Below are positions 1-7,943 of a stretch of DNA of 64,000 nt, in pieces. Below the pieces are notes generated by a model, which did no database searches, was not told the origin of the DNA, and saw nothing but the letters and a program-made list of their open reading frames with translations. Both the position numbers and the translations under genes were made by a program. This DNA is from Candidatus Eiseniibacteriota bacterium (GTDB lineage: Bacteria; Eisenbacteria; RBG-16-71-46; CAIMUX01; VGJL01): positions 12,390-76,389 of the forward strand of contig JAXDAY010000010.1 in NCBI GenBank assembly GCA_034679345.1, in the 5' to 3' direction. The first letter of the stretch is position 1. Every line of letters begins with the position of its first letter.

Positions 1-1885
1 CCGTCCTGCAGAATTGCCCGGCCTCCGGGCTCGATTCGATCACGCACTGCCCCGAACCGACGAGATGCGGCATGAGATCCTGTCCCTTGACCAGCCGCCT
101 CGCCGCCCCCGCGGGCAGACCGACCGTCCGGGGAACCCATGTGCGCTCGGCCACGGCGAGGTCGGCCGCGTGCAGCGACCGCGGCGCCTGGCCGAACGGG
201 TGCATGTCGAGCTTGGCGGCATCCTCGATGATCGCGGCGAAGACCGGCGCGGCGACGCTTCCGCCCCAGATCGAGCCCTCCGGCTCATCGATCACGACGA
301 GGCAGACCAGGCGCGGATCGTCATAGGGATAGAACCCCGCGAAGGATGCGATGTAGCGCTCCGTGGAGTATTCCATGCGATCGCGCACGAACTTCTGCGC
401 CGTCCCCGTCTTCCCCCCCGGCCGCAGCGACTCGACCTCGGCCGCGGAGCCGGTGCCGTCGGTGACGGCCCGCCGGAGCATCTCGCGCAACAGCCGCGCC
501 GTTTCGGGACTCACGGCCCGCCGGATGATTTCCGGCTCGCGGGTGAGCAGTGTCCGCCCATCCGGGTCGCGGACGGATCGCACGATGCGCGGACGCATGA
601 GAATTCCGTCGTTGGCGATCGCGGCGTAAGCCATCGCCAGCTGCAGCGCCGTGCACGAGATCTCCTGCCCGAAGGCTTGCGTGATCAGCGACCTTCCACT
701 CCAGAGGGAGGGATCGGGGATCCGACCCCTTTCCTCGCCCGGGATTTCCACCCCCGTGGGCACCCCGAAGCCGAGTAGCCGTTCCGTGGCAAAGAATCCC
801 TCCCCCTTCACCCGCTCGGCGATGATGCCGGTGCCGATGTTGCTGCTCTTGGCGAGGACGAGCCATGCCGGCATCACGCCGTAAGGATCATGGTCCTTGA
901 TCGGGGGCCCCCCGGGCGCGGGACGCCGACCGTTCATGCAATCGATCAGATCGTTCTCCCCGATGACGCCCGCCTCGACGCCCGCCGCGAAGGCGACCAG
1001 CTTGTAAGTCGAGCCGGGCTCGTAGTTGACCCCGACGGCCCAGACGCGGAAGGCCAGGGTGTCGGCGCCGAGGACCGCCTCGGGCTCGAAGTCCGGAAAC
1101 GAGGAGAGCGCCAGGATCTCTCCGGTGGACGGATCGATCAGAATCGCGGTCCCACCACGCGCGTTCTGCTCGCGGATGGTCCGGCGCAGGTGGGCGTCGG
1201 CGATCTCCTGCAGTCGGGCATCGATCGTCAGCTCCAGGGTCGCGCCTTCCTGTGGAGGCTCGAGGATCACGCATCCCGGACCCTCGTGCAGATCGGCGCG
1301 AGCCGAGCGGAAGTCGAGGATCCGGCCCTCCGCTCCTCGCAGGAGCGTGTCATAGCTCGCCTCGAGGCCGGTGAGGCCACGCCCTTTCGAGTTCGTCGAG
1401 CCGATCAGCGGAGCGGCGGCGGCGCCGAGCGGGTAGAGCCGCTTCGGCTCAGGAATGCGGATGAGCGGCTGCCCGAGCCGCTTCTCGAGCGAGGTGGCGA
1501 CCGACTCTCGCACGTAGCCCTGATCGATCCAGACGAACCGGCTCGAATCGCGCCGCGCGCGCCGGATCTGCTCGAGAACGCGCGAGGCGGGGGCGATGCC
1601 GTACTCCTCGAGGACCGTGGCGAACTCCTCGGGATCCTCGATGAGGCCCGGATCCATCGCGAGCGAGCTGCCCTCGACCGTGAAGGCGACCGGCGAGCCG
1701 TGCCGGTCGACGATCACCCCTCGAAGGCTCGGGATCGTCCGGATCTCTCTCTGCTGATCGAGCGCCTTGGCGAGCAGCTCCTCGTGACGCACGAGCGTCA
1801 GATGGACAAGCCGCCCCCAGAGCAGCGCGAAGCAGCCGACCAGGACGAAGGCGACGAGGCGGAGCCGGTCAGTCCGCGGAAACAC
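1..1885 (-). CDS. ftsI: Penicillin-binding protein transpeptidase (FtsI/PBP3-like), 5' part; C-terminus lies left of the window
   Basis: My own translation of the minus strand from ~1885 downward gives VFPRTDRLRLVAFVLVGCFALLWGRLVHLTLVRHEELLAKALDQQREIRTIPSLRGVIVDRHGSPVAF...IGSTNSKGRGLTGLEASYD. This is a single N-terminal TM helix followed by a PBP dimerisation-domain-like sequence. The frame is absent from the ORF track, which is consistent with a GTG start (overlapping the ftsL stop) and no in-window stop. Position matches the canonical dcw order. Confidence 0.65.
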   Translation of the reverse strand, partial: MFPRTDRLRLVAFVLVGCFALLWGRLVHLTLVRHEELLAKALDQQREIRTIPSLRGVIVDRHGSPVAFTVEGSSLAMDPGLIEDPEEFATVLEEYGIAPASRVLEQIRRARRDSSRFVWIDQGYVRESVATSLEKRLGQPLIRIPEPKRLYPLGAAAAPLIGSTNSKGRGLTGLEASYDTLLRGAEGRILDFRSARADLHEGPGCVILEPPQEGATLELTIDARLQEIADAHLRRTIREQNARGGTAILIDPSTGEILALSSFPDFEPEAVLGADTLAFRVWAVGVNYEPGSTYKLVAFAAGVEAGVIGENDLIDCMNGRRPAPGGPPIKDHDPYGVMPAWLVLAKSSNIGTGIIAERVKGEGFFATERLLGFGVPTGVEIPGEERGRIPDPSLWSGRSLITQAFGQEISCTALQLAMAYAAIANDGILMRPRIVRSVRDPDGRTLLTREPEIIRRAVSPETARLLREMLRRAVTDGTGSAAEVESLRPGGKTGTAQKFVRDRMEYSTERYIASFAGFYPYDDPRLVCLVVIDEPEGSIWGGSVAAPVFAAIIEDAAKLDMHPFGQAPRSLHAADLAVAERTWVPRTVGLPAGAARRLVKGQDLMPHLVGSGQCVIESSPEAGQFCRT

Positions 1886-2303
1886 GGTCGCGTCTCCAAC
1901 CCGTCGATGCCTTCGCTTCCTTCACTCCATCGGGTAGGTAGCCGCTCACGCGTTTCCATATCCCTGCTTCCTGCGCGTCCGCGACGCTCTCGTCCGCGGT
2001 CGCGAGGGGTAGGACATCGATCCGGACACGCTGATCGAGACTCGCGACGTCCATCTCCCACTCCTGCGAGGCCACGTCCTGGACGATTCCGTAGGTGCAC
2101 GCCCTCTTGATCGAGACGGCCAGGTAGGCCTCGTCGGATCTCCTCTCCTTCAGGGTCCGTTCGAGTCGCTCGATCCGGGTGGTCTGCTCGTTGTACTCGA
2201 CCCGCATGCGGGTCAACGCCAGGAGGTAGACGAATAGACCCAGCAGCAAAACGACCCACCGCAGGTGGAAGCGGCCGAGGTGCCGATGCCTCATGCTTGC
2301 CAT
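1869..2303 (-). CDS. ftsL: FtsL-like cell-division protein (short N-terminal cytoplasmic tail, one TM helix, coiled-coil periplasmic region)
   Basis: 144-aa ORF with TM segment WVVLLLGLFVYLLAL followed by a charged coiled-coil-like stretch (EYNEQTTRIERLERTLKERRSDEAYLAV). It sits between rsmH and ftsI as in dcw clusters. Confidence 0.55.
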   Translation of the reverse strand: MASMRHRHLGRFHLRWVVLLLGLFVYLLALTRMRVEYNEQTTRIERLERTLKERRSDEAYLAVSIKRACTYGIVQDVASQEWEMDVASLDQRVRIDVLPLATADESVADAQEAGIWKRVSGYLPDGVKEAKASTGWRRDRVSAD

Positions 2304-3193
2304 GGTTCCTCAGTCCTCTCGAAGGCCCGGAGCTTCGCCGATCGGGCCCTCGGATTCCGCACGATCTCTTCCCTCTCGGGACGCACCACCCGCCGCGTCA
2401 GGGTTCGCCACAAGGGCTCGCCGTTGACGCCACACATGCGCCCGCATGACTTGGCGATTCGATCCGTGATCGATTCGTAGGTGATCACGACGAGCCTCCC
2501 CATCGGGACGATCCAGCCCGGCGCGCCGGCGAGCAGCCGCTGGAGCTCGCCGAGCTCGTCGTTGACCCGATACCGGAGACTCTGGTAGAGCCTCGAGAGC
2601 TCGGCCGGCCCTCCGCGAAGGGCTCCCCCCTTCCGCAGCGCGCGCACAAGATCGCCCGAGGTGAGGATCGGCTTCGCCTCCCGCTCACGGACGATGGCGC
2701 GGGCCGCCGCGCGCGCGTTGCGCACTCCGCCCAGCTCGCGAAAAGTGGTGGAGATCTCATCCTCGCCCGCGCGGGCGATGAAGTCGGCGGCCGTCATCGG
2801 CCGGCTGCGGTCCATTCGCATGTCGAGGGGCGATTCAGCGTCGCGGTATCGAAAGCCCCGACGTGAATCATCGAGCACGGTCGTGCTCAACCCCAGATCC
2901 ACGATGATCGCGTCGCACAGCACGCCTTCCCTCGCGAGCTCCTCTCCGATCCTGGAGAATGGAGCATGGAAGAGGCGAACCTTCTCCGAGAACTCGGAGA
3001 GGCTTTCGGCCGCGGCGTGAATCATCTCCCCGTCCCAGTCGAAGCCCCAGAGGCGCCCTTGTTCCGTCTGCCTGCTGCAGATCAGACGCGCGAGGGTGCC
3101 GCCGTCGATCGTGCCGTCGCAGACGATCCCGGACGGATTCCAGCCGACGAGATCGGCCGAAACCTCCGCGAGTACGGGAACGTGCTTCGCCAT
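2291..3193 (-). CDS. rsmH: 16S rRNA (cytosine1402-N4)-methyltransferase RsmH/MraW
   Basis: 300 aa. The MAKHVPVL N-terminus and the DGTIDGGTLARLI / GEPLWRTLTRRVVRPEREEIVRNPRARSAKLR regions are typical of RsmH. It is immediately downstream of mraZ. Confidence 0.9.
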   Translation of the reverse strand: MAKHVPVLAEVSADLVGWNPSGIVCDGTIDGGTLARLICSRQTEQGRLWGFDWDGEMIHAAAESLSEFSEKVRLFHAPFSRIGEELAREGVLCDAIIVDLGLSTTVLDDSRRGFRYRDAESPLDMRMDRSRPMTAADFIARAGEDEISTTFRELGGVRNARAAARAIVREREAKPILTSGDLVRALRKGGALRGGPAELSRLYQSLRYRVNDELGELQRLLAGAPGWIVPMGRLVVITYESITDRIAKSCGRMCGVNGEPLWRTLTRRVVRPEREEIVRNPRARSAKLRAFERTEEPWQA

Positions 3194-3333
3194 GGGTCCC
3201 CAGTCTCAGGAGACGGCGGGGTCGCGGTCCGGGGCGGCTGTCCCACGGACGGACCAGGGAGGGAGGACCGAGTGGTTGGGTTTTGCCGGACCCCCCGAAC
3301 CCCGGACCGCGAATGCCGTCTCTGAAGCGCGGG

Positions 3334-3735
3334 CTAGTTCTCCATCACACCCCAGGGAGTCGCCCGCGCGCCGGCCAACACGACCGGTCCGGGCGCTCCC
3401 CGCGCAGAAGAGCGTCCAGTCTCTTCCGCGAAATCCGCGAAGATCTCGGCTTCGTCCGTGGATAGCCCGACAAGCGCGATCGCGAGCAGATAGTCGCTCA
3501 GGCCGAAACCGATCACCGTCACACCGGAATCCCGCAGTCGTACGAGCGCCGCGCCGAGAGCCGGCAGGCCGCGGAAATCGCAGTGCCGCACTCTCGACCA
3601 ATCGATGATGATCCTGCGGGAGAGGGAAACCGGCGCGTGGAGGAGACGATCGGCGATGGCTTCGAGATCCTGCCGCGAGAGCCAGCCTGCCGGCGTTTCG
3701 ATCCACTCGTCGTTCTGAAGTCTCAGTTGCCGCAT
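3334..3735 (-). CDS. STAS-domain protein (anti-sigma-factor-antagonist-like) inserted between mraZ and rsmH
   Basis: 133 aa with protein-like composition. Core RRIIIDWSRVRHCDFRGLPALGAALVRLRDSGVTVIGFGLSDYLLAIALVGL fits the STAS/SpoIIAA pattern (IDLSGV.F.DSSGL...L...G..L.L.GL...V...L). The conserved phosphorylatable Ser position is Phe (CDFRG). Start is 2 nt after the mraZ stop. Confidence 0.5.
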   Translation of the reverse strand: MRQLRLQNDEWIETPAGWLSRQDLEAIADRLLHAPVSLSRRIIIDWSRVRHCDFRGLPALGAALVRLRDSGVTVIGFGLSDYLLAIALVGLSTDEAEIFADFAEETGRSSARGAPGPVVLAGARATPWGVMEN

Positions 3736-3736
3736 C

Positions 3737-4252
3737 TCAGGTCTCGCGCGGATCCGGAGGGTTCACGGACGGGCCGGTGTCGCGCGCGACGCCTTCGCCG
3801 CGATCCCACCGCCTCGCCATCTCCTCGATCGATCCGCCGAACTCCCGGTTGTATTCCCCGTAACGTTCGAGCTTGCCTTCGGGCCACAGCTCGATCCATT
3901 CTCCAAGCCCAAGGAAGACGACCGGCTCTTTCCCGATCTGCGCGTGCTCGCGCAGAGCCGGACTGAGTTGGATTCGACCCTGTGAGTCGGGAGTGACGAT
4001 CTCCATGCCGCGGTAGATCGTCCGCTGGTAGAGGCGGGCTTCACGATCGGCGCGAAAGTCGGCGAGCCGGATCTGAGGCCGGAGCTTCTCCCAAGAGGAG
4101 AGAGGGAAGAGCATGATCGTGCGGTCCAGCCCCTTCATCGCGACCATCGCAGGAGCCTCCTCCTGCTTGATGATCGCGCGAAGAGCAGCCGGGAACGTCA
4201 CGCGCCACTGGCTGTCCGGCTGGCTTTTCCCCTCGCCTACGTACGGCAGCAA
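3737..4252 (-). CDS. mraZ: Division/cell-wall cluster transcriptional regulator MraZ
   Basis: 171 aa. N-terminus MLPYVGEGKSQPDSQWRVTFPAALR, plus a second half containing GRIQLSPALREHAQI. Together these give the duplicated MraZ fold. It is the first gene of the dcw cluster. Confidence 0.85.
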   Translation of the reverse strand: MLPYVGEGKSQPDSQWRVTFPAALRAIIKQEEAPAMVAMKGLDRTIMLFPLSSWEKLRPQIRLADFRADREARLYQRTIYRGMEIVTPDSQGRIQLSPALREHAQIGKEPVVFLGLGEWIELWPEGKLERYGEYNREFGGSIEEMARRWDRGEGVARDTGPSVNPPDPRET

Positions 4253-4329
4253 TCGACCATCCCCCCGACGTGATCGCGATGCCTTCCCCTATCCTTGACT
4301 GACTGACCCATTTTGCGCCTTTTTGCCCC

Positions 4330-4363
4330 TTCTGTCCAGAGAATTCGGCCACTTGGGACAGAA
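4330..4363. promoter_or_regulatory. Perfect 8-bp inverted repeat TTCTGTCC-N18-GGACAGAA (EcoRI site at centre) ~80-110 nt upstream of mraZ
   Basis: Seen directly: ttctgtcc at 4330-4337 and ggacagaa at 4356-4363. It lies in the 200-nt intergenic region between the glycosylation operon end and the mraZ start. There is also a GACT x3 tandem at ~4298-4309. Confidence 0.3.
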
Positions 4364-4452
4364 AACTTAGCCCCGTTTCGCCGGCGTGGACGGCCTGCCG
4401 GCCTCCACTCCAGGAGAATTCCTCCCTCAGATGAGGCGACGGGGGGAGCGGA

Positions 4453-5742
4453 TCAGGAGGTGGAGAGGACCTCGTCGAGCAGCCGGGCGAGGTCGGCGGT
4501 CAGCCGTCGCCTCTCGAAGCGCTCGATCCCCGCGCCCACGGGGCAGACGGGACCGAGCTCGCCGGTCCGATAGAGGTCGTAGAGCCGCGCCAGATGCGCG
4601 GCGGCCGCGTCGGGATCCGTTGGAGGGGCCGCAAGGCCCGCCTGTAGCTCGCCGACGAGATCACGCGCCGCGCCATCCGGCACGAGGGCCAAGACCGGCC
4701 GACCCGCGCGGATCAGCTCGAAGGTCTTCCCCGGGAGAATGAGGCTTCCGCGCTCGCTCTCTTGCTCCAGCAGCAGCAGGACGCGCGCGCGACACAGCTG
4801 GAGGACGGCCTCGCGGTGCGGTATGGGATCGCGGAATCGGATCCGGCGCGCGAAGACCCTCCGCCGCGCGGACTCCTCGTGGGAGTCGTAGCGCGCGCCG
4901 ATGAAGTCGACCCATGTCCGCTGCGCGGCCTCGGGGCGGAGGCGGAAGAAGCGATCGAGAGCGTCGAGGAGCGGCTCGATGCTGCGATCGGGGTTCAGCT
5001 GGCCGGCGTGGAGAATCCGGAACTCCGAGTCGGGCTCGGGCGCCTGCGCGGGAAAGTCCTCCTCGTCATAGCCGTTCGGAATCACGGCGATCCGATCTCG
5101 GTCGAGCTTCGGGTATCTCCGGATGAAGTCGTCCCTCGTCGCCCCCGAGGTCACCACGAGCCGCGATGCGCGATTCACGACTCGTCGCTCCATGGAGCGC
5201 TGGATCGCATCGTGGATCGGAGTCGGGGGAGCGTAGCTCATCCGCCGGACCCAGGGATCCCTGAAGTCGGCGACCCACCCGACTCCGGGGCGGTGGATTC
5301 CCAGTCCGGCCAGATGGGCGCTGTCGGGGGATGAGGTCGTCAGGAGCACTCCGCCCTCGGCCAGGATCCTCCCGGCCACCGCGGAGGCGCGGCGCGCCCA
5401 GGAGGCATAGACGTCGGGCACGAAGAGGAAGCGGGCGACTCCACGCGCCAGGAGGTGACGCCGCTGGCTGCGGCGCGCCGCGCTCGCCCCACTCGCGACG
5501 TCGCGACCGGCGAGCCGGCCGAGAAGAGGCCCCGCGGAGATGCGAGTCACCTGGACCTCGGGGGGGACATCGTCGAGCAGGGAAGGATCGGTCATCCAGT
5601 AAGCCCCCTCGCGGACGGTGATCACATGGGGCGACCATCCGTGGGCAGGGAGGTACCGGGCGAACTTCAGGGAACGCTGGACCCCGGCGCCTCCGAGCGG
5701 GGGAAAGAAGTAGGCGAGGTAGGCGAGCCTTCTGGGTCTCAC
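4453..5742 (-). CDS. Glycosyltransferase family 4 (last gene of the glycosylation operon)
   Basis: ORF-track frame 4453..6213. The N-terminal 157 codons are R/G-rich and overlap the upstream gene. The likely true start is GTG at 5742, forming a GTGA overlap with the upstream stop. Protein begins RPRRLAYLAYFFPPLGGAGVQRSLKFARYLPAHGW and carries a GT4 C-terminal domain (EQESERGSLILPGKTFELIRAGRPVLA). Confidence 0.75.
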   Translation of the reverse strand: MRPRRLAYLAYFFPPLGGAGVQRSLKFARYLPAHGWSPHVITVREGAYWMTDPSLLDDVPPEVQVTRISAGPLLGRLAGRDVASGASAARRSQRRHLLARGVARFLFVPDVYASWARRASAVAGRILAEGGVLLTTSSPDSAHLAGLGIHRPGVGWVADFRDPWVRRMSYAPPTPIHDAIQRSMERRVVNRASRLVVTSGATRDDFIRRYPKLDRDRIAVIPNGYDEEDFPAQAPEPDSEFRILHAGQLNPDRSIEPLLDALDRFFRLRPEAAQRTWVDFIGARYDSHEESARRRVFARRIRFRDPIPHREAVLQLCRARVLLLLEQESERGSLILPGKTFELIRAGRPVLALVPDGAARDLVGELQAGLAAPPTDPDAAAAHLARLYDLYRTGELGPVCPVGAGIERFERRRLTADLARLLDEVLSTS

Positions 5743-7943
5743 TGGGGGCAGGGGCCGTCGATCAGTCCGACTCCCGCCATCCGGACCCCGGCCGGGCTCG
5801 AGAGCCGTATCCAGTAGAGCCCCGGAGCCACGGGATCCCCGGAGGCGTCCAGACCGTCCCACGCGGGAGATCCAGGGGCGAGCTGATCGAAGCGCCGCAC
5901 CAGATTCCCGGCCGCATCGACGATCACGCCGTCGGCGAGGCCGGGGAATCCGAGCAGCCGCAGGCCGCCGCAATCGCGTGAGTAGGGATTGGGGTAAGCG
6001 ATGAGCTCCCCCCCCGCGTCCATCCCGGCCGTGGGCGGGGTGATGCGGGCGAGTCCGCGCGATGTGCCCGCCCAGACCGTTCGGCCGTCCGGATCGAGGG
6101 CGAGGACCTCCGTGTTGGGATGCGGCAGATCGGGCGGCCCGTAGCGCGTGAAGACGAAGCCCTCCTCCTCCGGCGTCAACCGGACAATCCCGCCCTGCGA
6201 AGTCGCGACCCACGCCCCTCCGTCCGAGACGGGGAGCACGTCATTCACTTGCGGCGTCGGCAGGCGGTCGAATCCCGCGCCGAAGTTGGTGATCCGGCCC
6301 GGATCGATCAGGGATAGCCCACCCGTCGTCCCCACCCAGATGCGGCTGCCCTGCGATTCGATGCGGGTGATCGCATCGGAGATGAGCTTCCGCCCGGCCG
6401 TTTCCGTCGTGTAGAGGAACCATGTGTCATCGGCGCTCAGAGGGATCCGATCCGCGCCGAGATCCCACCGGTGCACCCCCGCGTCGGTGTAGCCGAGCCA
6501 GAGGATCCTGCCCACCGGACAGAGGGCCCGGACGCGATTCGCGAGCATCTGCGAACCCGGCGTGTCGGTGCGGAACTGACTCCACTCTCCCGAGGAGGCG
6601 TGGCGCATCCAAACGCCCTCGGCGAACTGCACCGCATCGGGAGCCTGATCGGAAGCGCCCCAGAGGTTGCCGAGATCATCGTATGCCAGATCTCGAAGGT
6701 TGCGCGGCGGACTCGCCTCGAAGCTCCCCTGCGAGAGTCGATCGAGATCGCAGCCGGTCTCCCGGCAGCAACATTGCGCGAACCAGAGATCCCCTTCCGG
6801 GCCGAATGCGAGATCGAAGGTCCAGTCCTGGAGCAGGCGTGGGACGCTCCAGAACACGCCGTCGAAGGTCTGATAGGTCGGCGGGGCGCCCCGCTGCGCG
6901 GTGGTCGCATGCAGGACGCGATCGGCGTCGAAGGCGAGGGCGAGATAATGGGAGCGCGCGCTGGGACCCGGGAAGACCGTGCGCACCCAGACGGAGCCGT
7001 CGAGACGCCAGAGACCGTCGAGGGCCTCCGCCGCGTCCCGGCCCCCGGCGTAGAGCGTGCCGTCGTCGTTGCGGACGAGACACGAGGCGTTGAAGCTCCG
7101 GTCTCCGACCTGAGTCCAGGAGCCGCCCCGCTCGAGCCGCCAGACTCCCTTCGCGCCCGCGGCCAGGAGATGGTCGCCCTCGGCAAGGAGGTCGACGATC
7201 GCCGGCGCGGCCGGAAGTCCCCCGGCCAGGGTCTCCCATACGCCGGAGCGCAGAACGCGGATGCCGTCATCGAAAGACGCGGTCCATTCGCCTGCGAACC
7301 GGACGATCCGATAAGCGGTCGGATCCGTCGGCCCGGTCGCATGGATCGTCCAGGCTCCCTGCGGATCGCGGTGCGCGACCCCTTCCTGAGTGGCAGCCCA
7401 GAGCCCGCCGTCATCCGCGGCCAGGTCGAGAACGTCGAAGGAGGGAAGGCCGCACAGGTCGATCCCCTCCTGACAGATGACGCGCTGCTCCCCGTCGACG
7501 AAGACGGCCAGTCCCCGGGTGGTCGCCACGAGGAGAGTGTCCGACTGGAAGCGGACGACGTGGATCCGGTCTCCCGGAATCGGGCGCAGGAGGCTTGTGA
7601 ACGGCTCCCAGGTTCCGTCGGCGGGATCGAGAATCGAGATCCCCGCCATCTCGGAGCCGAACCACAATCTCCCGTCGGGAGAAACGGCGACGCTCGTCAG
7701 CGAATCGCTCAGCAACCCGTCCGGCGCGCGATGATAGACCTCCACCGATGCGCCGACCGGATCGAAGCCGAGCACCCCGCCTCCCGTCCCTGCCCAGAGC
7801 CGCCCCTCGCTCGCGGCGAGGGCGCGCACGTCGTTCGTGTTCAGATAGACGGTGAAGCTCGGCTCGCCGGCGCCGGCCGCGACGCCGACGAATGCGATCA
7901 TGCCCAGCACGACGAATGGAAGACACGTACGTCGAAGACTCAC
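5739..7943 (-). CDS. Secreted beta-propeller repeat protein (two-component-regulator-propeller-like repeats) with C-terminal T9SS-type / FlgD-Ig-like sorting domain
   Basis: ORF-track frame 5739..8303. Likely GTG start at 7943 (GTGA overlap), giving signal peptide SLRRTCLPFVVLGMIAFVGVAAGAG. There are about 10 repeats of the type LWAGTGGGVLGFD / GRLWFGSEMAGISILD / RIWVGTTGGLSLID / TVWAGTSRGLARI. C-terminus is IAYPNPYSRDCGGLRL...GLYWIRLSSPAGVRMAGVGLI. Confidence 0.75.
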   Translation of the reverse strand: MSLRRTCLPFVVLGMIAFVGVAAGAGEPSFTVYLNTNDVRALAASEGRLWAGTGGGVLGFDPVGASVEVYHRAPDGLLSDSLTSVAVSPDGRLWFGSEMAGISILDPADGTWEPFTSLLRPIPGDRIHVVRFQSDTLLVATTRGLAVFVDGEQRVICQEGIDLCGLPSFDVLDLAADDGGLWAATQEGVAHRDPQGAWTIHATGPTDPTAYRIVRFAGEWTASFDDGIRVLRSGVWETLAGGLPAAPAIVDLLAEGDHLLAAGAKGVWRLERGGSWTQVGDRSFNASCLVRNDDGTLYAGGRDAAEALDGLWRLDGSVWVRTVFPGPSARSHYLALAFDADRVLHATTAQRGAPPTYQTFDGVFWSVPRLLQDWTFDLAFGPEGDLWFAQCCCRETGCDLDRLSQGSFEASPPRNLRDLAYDDLGNLWGASDQAPDAVQFAEGVWMRHASSGEWSQFRTDTPGSQMLANRVRALCPVGRILWLGYTDAGVHRWDLGADRIPLSADDTWFLYTTETAGRKLISDAITRIESQGSRIWVGTTGGLSLIDPGRITNFGAGFDRLPTPQVNDVLPVSDGGAWVATSQGGIVRLTPEEEGFVFTRYGPPDLPHPNTEVLALDPDGRTVWAGTSRGLARITPPTAGMDAGGELIAYPNPYSRDCGGLRLLGFPGLADGVIVDAAGNLVRRFDQLAPGSPAWDGLDASGDPVAPGLYWIRLSSPAGVRMAGVGLIDGPCPQ

